A DNA stretch of 64,000 nt from Octopus sinensis (GCF_006345805.1 NC_043004.1:57722001-57786000), one strand, 5' to 3'. Shown: positions 1 through 11,495, counted from the first letter of the stretch. The notes: generated from the sequence alone by a model not told the origin. Translations and numbers: made by a program.

Positions 1-280
1 ATTAAATGAAGACAACTAACACTGTCGAAATGTAATATCTGAGCCAAATAGTATAGAAACTGAATACTTTCGATTATCTAGTCTTTGTTTTTATACTATA
101 ATCTTCTATTTACACATGTTATTCATGCATCAGGGTTTAGCGATCACCTGAGAAATGTTAATGGCTTGAAATAGTCGAAACTCCTGACTAGTATCTACCT
201 CACATCATTTGGTCATTTTAGTTTGTGACATTATACCCTTCATGGTTGAATCTTTCTTTCTGTTCGTTTACAATTAACTA

Positions 281-602
281 GGCGCATGAGTGGCTGTGTG
301 GTAAGTAGCTTGCTAACCAGCTACATGGTTCCGGGTTCAGTCCCACTGCGTGGCATCTTGGGCAATTGTCTTCTGCTATAGCCCCGGACCGACCAATGTC
401 TTGTGAGTGGATTTGGTAGACGGAAACTGAAAGAAGCCTGTCTTATATATGTATATATGTATGTGTGTGTGTGTGTGTGTTGTGTCTGTGTTTGTCCCCC
501 TAGCATTGCTTGACAACCGATGCTGGTGTGTTTACGTCCCCGTCACTTAGCGGTTCGGCAAAAGAGACAGATAGAATAAGTACTGGGCTTACAAAGAATA
601 AG
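281..602 (+). mobile_element. SINE family 1 (tRNA head, CORE-like segment, internal microsatellite, CR1/L2-like tail), 3'-truncated
   Basis: Head GGCGCATGAGTGGCTGTGTGGTAAG...GGTTCAGTCCC with A/B boxes; matches more than 15 other copies in the window. Confidence 0.9.
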
Positions 603-1442
603 AGAGAGAAAGAGTAAGTAATATACTAGTAGAAATTCCACCTGTTCCATTCTTACTTCTCTTTAGTTCCTCCAATATTGGCTTTGTGCATTATTGATAA
701 ACCAGTATTAAATTAAGTGGAAATTTCAATAATCAATATTAGGTTAGCTGCTCTCATATAAATTAAAATAAAGAAATCAAATATATCGGTAGGATATTTA
801 GTTTTTAAAGACATTATAGTATCCATCATTTTAGTCGTTTCTATGGTTACAAATTATCTATATAAATTGGTGCCTGTTAATTATTGCTTATGAAAAATAA
901 ATTCAAAGGTCTGAAACCACGCGTGAAATAGTTGATTTTAATATAAGTGATTAAGAGGAAATGCAACAGCTTTTCCCAACATGTTGGTTAGGTACAGTGT
1001 GTATCAGAAGCACACGAGTGTTACTCTAATTCTACTTGAAACGATAAAGTGTTCCTATGTACTTGAGTTTAATAAATAACTGCAGTGTACGGAATAAACC
1101 CCTTTTGAAATAGTAATTTATGAAATGATTCTTAGCGCCAGCTTAGTGGTAAAGATATTTCACTTAGGATCTTAAGGCCGCAGGTTCGAGCAGTGACCTT
1201 ATTACATGTATACATATATATTTCTTTTGTTTATGACGCTGTTATATTTAATTTATTTATCCGCATAATTAACTCCACATCTGATCACCTAGATTCCTTT
1301 TATAACAATTCTTTACATCATGGAATTGGCTCCTGGTAAAGACATCGGAGTCTAAGTTCGAATCATTCGAGCGGTACAGACAGTTTCTTTTTCATACCAA
1401 GAATCTCTACATCTCGTCTGTTGGATGTATGTATATATATAT

Positions 1443-1483
<41 letters not shown>

Positions 1484-1860
1484 ACATATATATATATATA
1501 TAATATATATATATAAGTATAAGATGTGTTATGAGCATTTATATCTTATATATACTCATATAAACTATATAAACTTTTCTAAAATGTTAATCCATGCATA
1601 CGATCGTTTCAAATGTTAATACCAACATGTAAGGAACATGAAACAAATTTTATTAATTACAATTAAATTAATTTCATTTCATATTACCATTCTCCTCAGT
1701 GCAAAAAGAATACATCAGAAAGGTAGTATCACAATAATAATATGTTGTTACAGGAGACTATATGGAGTTTGTGTCACAACTCATTCGGATGTTCATAAAA
1801 TTATTATGAAAGATGAAACATGCTTAGGTAGTGTTGAGTCTAGTTGTTTAAGAACTAAAA

Positions 1861-1911
<51 letters not shown>

Positions 1912-3738
1912 GTGTATATGTATGAGTGTGTTCATACTTAATGTATGTATTCATACGTTTCAACGTACGCGTACATTCGTATATATTCTGGTATTTAAAT
2001 ATGGATGTAACTTGTGCATGATTTCTTCATCGTATCATTTCAACCAAAACAAGAAAACAAAATTAAAATTAAGCATTTCTCTATTTAGGAAATAGTAGAA
2101 AGAATTTATGCCATTTAATGTTTAGTTAGAATAAATGAGTAATAATGTGTAATAATAGTTCTACTACTTGGAAATCTAGAGAGAAGTGATACTAAGTAAA
2201 GTGTGAAAGTTTTAAATTTTAACTAAGACTTTTTGTCTATTACCTAGCAATTCTGTAACGCTTTCGTGTGATTAGGTGAAGGAAAAGGCGAAGAGCGAGA
2301 GAAAAAAGACAGAGAAAAAGATAAGACGAAGAGTGAGACAGAAACGGGCAGAGTGCTGCGTATTTAGTCTATAAAATTGTACATGAAGTATATAAAATGT
2401 ATATATAAAGTACATTAAGTAATCGTCGTATTCTAATTTCTTGCACTTTTCAATAAGTAGCGGATGAGAGACTCTCTTTTGATAGACACAACACAGGTTA
2501 CGCTTTCAGGTTTTTTAGATAAAGTTTTTCAGAAATAATCCAATAAGTTTACCTTTAATTCCATGAAATATTCACGGGTCCTTCTAACAAAGAGATTAAG
2601 TAGCTTCTCCGTATATTTTTGAACTCGCTATCACTTGAAGTAGTAATATTGCCACTAGCATACTTTATGTCAGACGCCAAGAAATATTAATTAATATCAC
2701 AATTCGAGTGTGTTGCGAAATAATTATCGGATTGAATAATGCTGGAAAAAGACGGCTGGGAAGATAATCCCTAAGTTTTAATTAATTAAATGTAAACGGT
2801 AGAGGGCAGTCAGGCTAATCTTTCGCACTACTGTGACAGATCCAGAAATAGTTGAATTCTATTAAAACCACATCAGCGAAACGTAATCTCGTAATTGCAA
2901 GATTTTACAATTAATAGCGTTTTATATATATAGGATGACATATTGACACACGTAGACACACACAGACACGTGCACGCGCGAACACTCACACACACTTCCG
3001 TATGTGCGTGTGTTTGTATGTGTATACATACACACATAATCATACATACATATGTTCATACATATAAAAACCTTCGACTGAAAACAGCGAGTGGCAATAG
3101 CGCTTCAGTTGGGAGACGATCTCTATAAATTCTCACGATTATTATAGATGAAACGCTTAAGGGAATGGTTATGATCTATTTCATTTTTCGTAGCTAGCTG
3201 TGAAATATTCTAAACCACTTGAAACCTGAGACTTCTCGCTTTGCTGTGCTTTTGATACTGATTTTGAGGAATAAAATAGATTTTCGAGTTATAATCAATA
3301 TTCTTTAGATTTACAGATTTTGAATAATTCAATATATTTCTGCGACATTCATGCAGTAACCCTATTTTTTCTTTTTACTGAACTGGTATCTTGTGTCTGA
3401 AACATTATTATAGCTTATGGAAAGAGTTCTTCATCTCCCACAGAATATTCATGGATAAGCATATCAGTACATCTATCATAAATGTCCTAATGAATTGTAC
3501 CGACGATATCGAGATAGTTCTGAAGTGTCTCAAGTTCTTAAACAAGTATAAACACACACACATACATACATACAAACATACATACATACATGCATGCATG
3601 CATACATGCATGAGGTCGCTGAAAAGTTCGTAGATACTCTCATAAAATGTGACCAAATGAGAATTTGCAGCATCTATGCGTTTTGCTGAGTCGCTTTTGT
3701 TACTCGTACTCGGGCTCGATAGCCGAATTGAGAATACC

Positions 3739-3970
3739 TATTTCTTTACTACCCACAAGGGGCTAAACACAGAGGGGACAAACAAGGAAAGACAAACCGA
3801 TTAAGTCGATGAAATCAACCCCAGAGCGTAACTGGTACTTAATTTATCGACCCCGAAAGGATAAAAGGTAAAGGCGACCTCGGCGGAATTTGAACTCACA
3901 ATATAACAGCAGACGAAATACTGCTAAGCATTTCGCTCGACGCGCTAATGTTTCTGCTAGCTTGCCGCCT
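3739..3970 (-). mobile_element. SINE family 2 (GGCGGCGAGCTGGCAG head, Tx1-like tail)
   Basis: Matches copies at 53039 and 54988; flanked by near-identical GATAGCCGAATTGAGRATACC (3718-3738 / 3977-3997), a possible TSD. Confidence 0.85.
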
Positions 3971-4099
3971 TTTGAGGATAGCCGAATTGAGGATACCGCC
4001 TTTCTCTCTTTCCTCAGTTCGGAAGGATCTGCTAATAGCCATACTTCAGACTAAAGGAAAATACCCACACGCACGCACCACCTACGCAAAGACATCCTG

Positions 4100-4136
<37 letters not shown>

Positions 4137-4808
4137 TACATACATACATAGAGGCAAACAGATATGCATAAACACTCAGACACACATTCTAGTACTGGAA
4201 ATATCAGGCCTTAGTTAAAACATAAACAAACTAAAGTCGTTCTCTACACTTTGTAGTGTATTTAACCATTAAGCAGTCGTTTGAACTCTTAAAAGCACAT
4301 TCGTTACTTGAGTATGGTGAAAGCAGAAACTGTATCCTATATAATTCATAGATGGTATTTGCAGCAATTTTGTGTACGTTACTGTTTTTGGTAATTTAAT
4401 CATCTCTAATCAATATACCTTAATTTGTGGGTGCAATTCACCTCTTGTTTAACAATACAAAGAATTTATATTTGCAAATTACTAATCATGTTCACAGTTA
4501 TACACTAATCACTGACATGCATAAAACAAGCATATATACACAAATGCATGTAGCTTTGGAAGTGTTTGTCGATTGCATGGTTAGGGAACGAATACGCATA
4601 CCTACTCGAGGCGTCCTTCGTGTGATAGCAGAAATCAGTCACATACTTGAGTGAATGTCTGTGAATAATGAGAGTAGGTGAAAAATGGTTCGTGATTGAG
4701 TAAATTATTGGCTGTGTATGTTAGTATGTTAATGAGAATGTGGGCGGAGATGTTGATGTGTTTGAAATTCAGTAATTATTAGAGCAGTTACGAGGGAAAG
4801 CTTGTTTT

Positions 4809-4850
4809 GAAGAATTTGCACGAATCTAGGAAGAATTTGCACGAATCTAG
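4809..4850. repeat. 21-bp tandem duplication
   Basis: GAAGAATTTGCACGAATCTAG x2. Confidence 0.9.
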
Positions 4851-4992
4851 GAAACATAGAAATGTACGGAGAAATTTCTGGAAAATGTAGCTGCACTTTG
4901 TATTAGACTGAACGACAATACAATGCCTGTCGTCCTATTTTGAGATATTTATCAAAATTAGTATCTTTCACGTGTTTAGTATCTTTCGAGTC

Positions 4993-5380
4993 GTGGAGGC
5001 GCAATGGCCCAGTGGTTAGGGCAGCGGACTCGCGGTCATAGGATCGCCGTTTCGATTCCCAGACCGGGCGTTGTGAGTGTTTATTAAGCGAAAACACCTA
5101 AAGCTCCACGAGGCTCCGGCAGGGGATGGTGGTGATCCCTGCTGTACTCTTTCGCCACAACTTTCTCTCACTCTTACTTCCTGTTTCTGTTGTACCTGTA
5201 TTTCAAAGGGCCGGCCTTGTCACTCTCTGTGTCACGCTGAATATCCTCGAGAACTACGTTAAGGGTACACGTGTCTGTAGAGTGCTCAGCCACTTACACG
5301 TTAATTTCACGAGCAGGCTGTTCCGTTGATTCGGATCAACCAGAACCCTCGTCGTCGTAACCGACGGAGTGCTTCCGCCC
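4993..5380 (+). mobile_element. SINE family 3, tail A, full length
   Basis: tRNA-like head (A box TGGCCCAGTGG, B box GTTTCGATTCC); 11-bp TSD ATCTTTCGAGT at 4981-4991 and 5381-5391; near-identical to 46519-46905. Confidence 0.92.
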
Positions 5381-5474
5381 ATCTTTCGAGTGTTGTATAT
5401 CCTACGGAGGCTGCATCCTTCACTGCTGCTATCTCGGCACAAACACGTGTATTCAGGCCTGAACAAACCAGGGT

Positions 5475-5871
5475 TTACTCTTTTACTCGTATACTTGTTT
5501 CAATCATTTGAATGCAGCCATGCTGGATCACCGCCTTTAGTCGAGCAAGTCGACCCCAGGACTTATTCTTTGTAAGCCTAGTACTTATTCTATCGGTCTT
5601 TTTGCCGAACCGCTAGGTTACGGGGATGTAAACACACCGGCATCAGCTGTCAAGCGATGCTGGAAGGACAAACACAGATACACAAACATATACACACACA
5701 TACATATACATATATATATATATACATATATACGACGGGCTTCTTTCAGTTTTCATCTACCAAATCCACTCACAAGGCTTTGGTCGTCCAGAGGCCATAG
5801 TAGAAGACACTTGCTCAAGATGCCATGTAGTGGGACTGAACCCAGATCCATGTGGTTGGTAAGCAATCTAC
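5475..5871 (-). mobile_element. SINE family 1, body and tail of a copy split by the 5872-8152 insertion
   Basis: Family 1 sequence stops at GTAAGCAATCTAC; the missing head resumes at 8153-8189. Confidence 0.9.
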
Positions 5872-8152
5872 GTTATTTAATAAAATTTGTCATTACAGAC
5901 AGTACAAAGAGTGTGTAGCTTTGCGGCTAGACAAATACATTAATGAATGAAAAATGAAATAAAATGAATAAATGAGAGACGAAACCCAACACCCGCCGAT
6001 TGGATTTTTCTCGAAAACATATTTTCTATTTTTAAATCAATATGAGGTTTCAAACCTCTTACAAGAAGGAGGCCCTAAAATCTCTTATTTAACATGTGTT
6101 TTTTTAAACACACAATTGAGGTTATAAACCACCACAAATAATACAATAAGATGAGGTTCCAAACCCTCTAACGAGGCTTTTTCACCTCCTACTCTTCGAT
6201 AAATCCATCGATATATTCATCATTATCTTCAATGCAGCTTGATTTCCTGTATCCCGCCATTTCTCTCGCCTCACTCATGTAGGACATGTAAGTCGTGTAA
6301 GGACCACCCGGCCATATGCGACACTCCTCCTCAAAACCTCTAAGCCTTTCTCACAAGGAAAACCTTATGACCTCCACAGCTATCTGCGTAGGCCATTCGG
6401 AATCCCGTGTGAAGAGCATATCTACTGTCTCTTTATGTTCTTCTACTATTTTTTCCACCTCCCGCCCTTGTAGAAAAAGATAATTAATTCATCATCTTTA
6501 AGGGTGGAGGTCGTTTCTTCCACCGTGGGTGGCACAACTTCGGGAGATGCAGACGGTACATCATCTCCCCTCTGCGATGACCCGTTCATCTTCTTTCTTT
6601 TTTTTCTTTTCTTCCTGACTGCGGGAGAGTGGAGTTCTTCCGCTTTGTCAGGAGTCTCTCCCCTGCCTCCCGAAGCCTTAGGTTCCTTCGGCGTGCAACT
6701 ATTGTTGCCCGCCTTCTTCCTTTTTAGTCCTTTTTGGGTTGAGGAGGCTGAAGCCTCCTCGACCACATCCACCACTCCCTTTGACTGGGTAGGAGAGGTT
6801 GCATCCAGTGACCGTTCCAGGACCTAACCATGGTCCTCGGGGTAGTTCCTTTTAATGTGGCCTGGCTGCATGCACGAGGACACATGGGAGGGCGACCCTC
6901 AAGTATCACTGGATACCTTGAGCCATCCATTTTTAAAAAGTCGGGGAAAGTCATTTCCCCCGCGGGCACTGGGATCCATAGGGTCAAAGTTGCCGTTGCA
7001 ACCTTCCAGTCGACCGCAGGCTTTATCTCTGTATTTAAAAGCCTGGGCCCGCTATCCCCCAGGCCCCGCCGGATGGCATCTGCAATCCACCCCGCTTCGG
7101 TGCCCGGGGAAAGACCACATACCCTTATCACCTTCTTCTCAGAATATGTGGGAAGAAACAAAATCTCCCCACCTTCCAGGGCCTGGCCTGCCACAGTGCA
7201 AGCCTCCTCAGGAGTGTCGAAAAGTAGCCACACCGTGGCGTATTTGACACCCCAGGTTATAATGTAATTTTTAACTGGCAAACATTTTGCCAGCTCTTTA
7301 TTAAGAAAACCCTTGTCGAAGAGGGCGATGGCGTCACGCGACCTAGAATAGGTCCGTAGTACCACCGTCCTTCTCTCAAGGCTTTCAATCCATTGCTTAG
7401 CTGGGACTACCTCCCATTCTAAGGCACTTTTTGCATTTGCTATGTTAAAAGTCAATTCAAAGAAGACGGAAAGTCCAAATAAATTAACAAGTCCCAAAAG
7501 AATAAACAAGTCAGTTCAAAAAATGCATAAAAAATAAAATTCAAAAGAAACGCAAAAACATCTCCAAAAAGAAAGAAAAAACAGAAGGATAGAGAAAAGA
7601 AAAACAGTTCACACAGGAAACATCAATGGCCAACAGGTACTCCTGGCCAACTTCAAGTTTCAATGGCAAAATCCAATAAGTTCGGAGGAAGATACGCCCC
7701 GACTTTTTTCCAATACAAAAAATAACAAACAGCAGCCCCTGACAGCAGGCAGAATTGCCACGGAGCTGAGCGAAATTTATCAACACACAATTACTATTTG
7801 ACAAATTACACCCAGCTCAAGCGAAAACAAATCCACCTATCTCTACGGTCTTATGCTGATGCTGTTCTTTTTTTTTCAGTTCAATATTGGACAGAACCAA
7901 CACACTCACGTCCACTTTGCAAAAAGAAAAAAATCCACTTTTTCTGGCGAGATACGACCACTAGAATTTACAAAAAGAATTTTCAAGCAAAAATTCTCAA
8001 TTCACCGTTATGGTAATAAGAACACAATATTTCGCGAGCTACAATTGACAATTTTTCTTTTTGGTCTTTTTTTTCTATTCACGGAGCCGAAACTCAAATC
8101 TTCTTACTGTAACAGTCCAGACCAACTAGTGTTGCATTCTGGGTAACCGGAA
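5872..8152 (-). mobile_element. Non-autonomous L1/Tx1-like retroelement encoding ORF1 only (HAL1-like architecture)
   Basis: 13-bp TSD GTAAGCAA(T/G)CTAC at 5859-5871 and 8153-8165; 5' end TTCCGGTT; about 700-nt 5' UTR; decayed ORF1; ATTAAA 4 nt before the 3' end; no room for an RT. Confidence 0.8.
6189..7443 (-). pseudogene. Decayed ORF1/gag-like protein, about 418 codons (RRM-like region, CCHC zinc knuckle, basic low-complexity linker, C-terminal region)
   Basis: VILEGRPPMC followed, after a 1-nt frameshift near 6879, by CxSCMQPGHIKRNY (CX2CX4HX4C with the last C mutated); second 1-nt frameshift in the A-run at 6449-6454; two internal stops; probable ATG>ATA at 7443; terminal TAG at 6191-6189. 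Confidence 0.75.
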
Positions 8153-8189
8153 GTAAGCAAGCTACTTACCACACCGCCAATCCTGCGCC
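8153..8189 (-). mobile_element. SINE family 1 head (A box) of the split copy
   Basis: GGCGCAGGATTGGCGGTGTGGTAAGTAGCTTGCTTAC on the minus strand. Confidence 0.88.
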
Positions 8190-8196
8190 TAGAGAG

Positions 8197-8296
8197 TATG
8201 GAACGCTTCACGAATTTGCGTGTCATCCTTACGCAGGGGCCATGCTAATCTTCTCCATATCGTTCCAATTTCAGTATATGTATTGCCCAAGCTAAC
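8197..8296 (-). pseudogene. U6: U6 snRNA pseudogene, near full length
   Basis: Minus strand reads GCTTGGGCAATACATATACTGAAATTGGAACGATATGGAGAAGATTAGCATGGCCCCTGCGTAAGGATGACACGCAAATTCGTGAAGCGTTCCATA; ACAGAGA box altered; no T-run terminator and no clear TATA box upstream. Confidence 0.93.
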
Positions 8297-8832
8297 TTTA
8301 TTTTCAAAGTCTGTGAATAGTAACTCAGTATAGTATACAACAGTGTTAATTGTTCAACTAACAGTAAGTATGAAGTGGATTTGATAATGAATTCGATTGA
8401 ACAAATTGAAACATGCATGTATAGGCACACGTATATACAAATACATGCATCCACATGTACATACATATACATAGCCCCACAACACACACTCATACACGTA
8501 ATTCATATTCAGTTTTTAAAATTTATTCTGTATTGTTTATATAAAGTTTGTTATTGCCACGTTGAAATAAAGCAACCTTTTGAATCAAAACAATTGTTAT
8601 GAATATATCCCTCATATCATTATGATATTTCAATGTCACTAGATTACATACGATAACACAAGGATTTCTATTGATTTTATTCCGTAAAATATATTTAACT
8701 GCTATAAAGATTGTGAAATTTTCTTACATGAAAAAAATTAATATCCTAATTCTTTACAATTCAAACCCTTACAATGTCTTAAGTTCTTGTGTATACTTAT
8801 TTTTCTTGATAAGTTAGTCGCCAGAAACTCCT

Positions 8833-8834
<2 letters not shown>

Positions 8835-8882
<48 letters not shown>
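8835..8882. repeat. (GA)n microsatellite
   Basis: Direct reading. Confidence 0.95.
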
Positions 8883-8883
<1 letters not shown>

Positions 8884-9423
8884 AATTCTGCTTATTAATT
8901 ATAAACATGACTAATATTTGTATAATATAACATTTTTCTATTCCTTTAGTATTGATTATTATATCTCATAAACTTACAAATATCGGTATAAAACAAGAAA
9001 AAGGAACGTGACATAAATTGAAGTCACAAATCAATATCTTACTGTTACTTCGCAACCTCCGTTAATACGCGACAACACTATTCTTGAATTTTATGTTAAT
9101 TTTCCTTTTTCTTCGATATAATATGAAGCAACCAAGAATTGCTGGCTTAGGAAATGGGCGGTTATTATATGGAAAATAAAGATAAAGACTTATAAATATT
9201 CATAACTACAGAGTCTTTACTTCTAAAATTTATTATATGTCTTAATAAATTACTCAATTTCGCTCGGTTATCGTATTTCTGTGAAAGACATGAGCCTTCA
9301 AATTGTAGAGCTAACTCTTCCGCGTGTGTTTCTCAGTTACATCTCATTCCCTTTGTCTTACAAAATCACAAGCACACACACGCACACGCTTATATATACA
9401 TAAATATATGTTAGAAAGTTAGA

Positions 9424-9460
<37 letters not shown>

Positions 9461-9904
9461 TTTAAATATATAATGTTTATATATAACTATTTAGAAGTGA
9501 GAATTAAAAAAAAATTCTCTTGAGTATTGTAGGCGATATTATTTCTTAACGATATTAATGGAATTCGAGCAGACTAATGCCATCTATCGTATAATTTGCT
9601 TACCTCAATATTGTTCATCGACCTGTGATCAGCGCCAATGATCTCAAAACATGTAAACTTATGTTTCTTGTAAATAAGGTTTTCAAATACGTAAACGGAT
9701 CACATGAAAAATTTATGAAAACAAGTCTAATTTTAGAGTCAAGTTGCTGGATCATTATTCACTACATCATATCTGTCGAGCAACATTGTATAGCATACTA
9801 TAAAATACGATGGAACTTCGTGGGTTTTTGCGGTGAATATTCTGTTGTTTGATAAACTGAAATGTTTACCTTTTAGGGAAGGTGTCACTAAGTATTCCAC
9901 AGAT

Positions 9905-10134
9905 ACTCTTTACTCTTTTACTCATTTACTTGTTTCAGTCATTTGACTGCGGCCATGCTGGAGCACCGCCTTTAGTCGAGCAAATCGACCCCGGGACTTA
10001 TTCTTTGTAAGCCCAGTACTTATTCTGTCGGTCTCTTTTGCCGAATCGCTAAGTGACGGAGACGTAAACACACCAGCATCGGTTGTCAAGCAATGCTAGG
10101 GGGACAAACACAGACACACAAACACACACACACA

Positions 10135-10168
<34 letters not shown>

Positions 10169-10284
10169 TATATATATATATATATATAGCAGAAGACACT
10201 TGCTCAAGATGCCACGCAGTGGGACCGAACCCGGAACCATGTGGTTGGTTAGCAAGCTACTTACCAAACAGCCACTCCTGCGCC
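9905..10284 (-). mobile_element. SINE family 1 with an internal deletion
   Basis: Head and tail match the family; the segment next to the microsatellite is missing. Confidence 0.88.
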
Positions 10285-10565
10285 TATACGTGTATACCTA
10301 GCGAAATTCATTTGGGACGTGACAATATCGTTAACCTGTTCGCATCAACATAGTTCATTAACCTATGTTTAGCACCAACGAAAAGACATGAACAACCCAA
10401 CTCGCTTGTAGGCTTGAATGAACAAAAGGTAATGTTAAAAAAGCACATTCCCAATATTTCATTGTAAAAGATACGTAATCATGATTCCGTTCAATAGGAA
10501 TCATCACTGCAAATCAAATAGCTTTACCGCACGTTAGTCTCTTTTTGACCGCTGTAAGTAATAAT

Positions 10566-10788
10566 CTTTTACTCGTTTCAGTCATTTGACTGTGGCCATG
10601 CTGGAGCACCACCTTTTTTAGACGAGCAAATCTACCTCCGGATTTACTCGTAAGCCTAGTACTTATTCTATCGGTCTCTTTTGCCGAACCGCTATGTTAC
10701 GGGGACGTAAGCACAACAGCATCGGTTGTCAAGCGATGTTGGGGGGACAGACACAGACACACAAACATATATACACACACACACACAC

Positions 10789-10835
<47 letters not shown>

Positions 10836-11004
10836 TATATAAGACGAACTTCTTTCATTTTCCGTCTACCACATCCACTCACAAGGCTTTGGTCAGCCTG
10901 AGGCTATAGTAGAAGACACTTGCCCAAAGTGCCACGCAGTGGGACTGAACCTGGTACCATGTGGTTCGTAAGCAAGCTACTTACCACACAGCCACTCCTA
11001 CGCC
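10566..11004 (-). mobile_element. SINE family 1
   Basis: Full match to the family. Confidence 0.9.
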
Positions 11005-11280
11005 TATAAGATATATTAAAACAATAAAATGTAAGATTTCCGGTTACATGCTTTCGTTGATGAAAGAATGATGAGGACTCCAGCTCTATGCATTCTTCTA
11101 TTAAGACTCTCTGGGCTTTGTTTCATTTCCTCCTCTTTCAGGGTCGTAAACTGAAGTCATTATGAATTTTTCGTAACGGATTTTGATAAGATGCAACAAT
11201 ACAAACCAATGAGGCATTCTCTAAGTTGTCTTGCTGATGTTTATTGCTTTGCTTACCTCAGTTAATACTTTGGTTTTGTA

Positions 11281-11495
11281 AGGCAGCGAGCTGGCATAAT
11301 CCTTAGCACGCCGGGCAAAATGTTTAAGGGCATTTCGCCCATCTTTACATTCGGATTTCAAACTTCGCCGAGGTCGACTATGCTTTTCATCAATTCGCAG
11401 TCGATAAAATATGAAGCAGTTAAACACTGAGTTGATGTAGTTATCTTAACCTCCTCCTCCACAATTCCTGGTCTTCTGCAAAAATTCGAAACCAA
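11281..11495 (+). mobile_element. SINE family 2, older variant with the alternative tail
   Basis: GGCAGCGAGCTGGCA head and GCCGAGGTCGAC...TCGATAAAAT core. Confidence 0.75.

Noticed and set aside
321-506. Recurring short ORFs (MLGGQTQT..., MSSNARGT..., KMPRSGTEPGTM)
   Set aside because: Chance frames in the antisense strand of SINE family 1, not a gene family
1133-1200. tRNA-like sequence (also 1318-1380 and all SINE heads)
   Set aside because: A/B box remnants only, with no closable acceptor stem; old SINE heads rather than tRNA genes
6044-6188. Possible CRISPR-like array (palindromic repeats with unique spacers)
   Set aside because: Repeats are only ~15 nt, degenerate and irregularly spaced; the context is a eukaryotic retroelement UTR with no cas genes
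6504-7267. Plus-strand ORFs overlapping the ORF1 region
   Set aside because: Antisense shadows of a GC-rich coding sequence
8197-8296. Functional U6 gene
   Set aside because: Altered ACAGAGA box, damaged 5' stem, no T-run terminator and no clear TATA box
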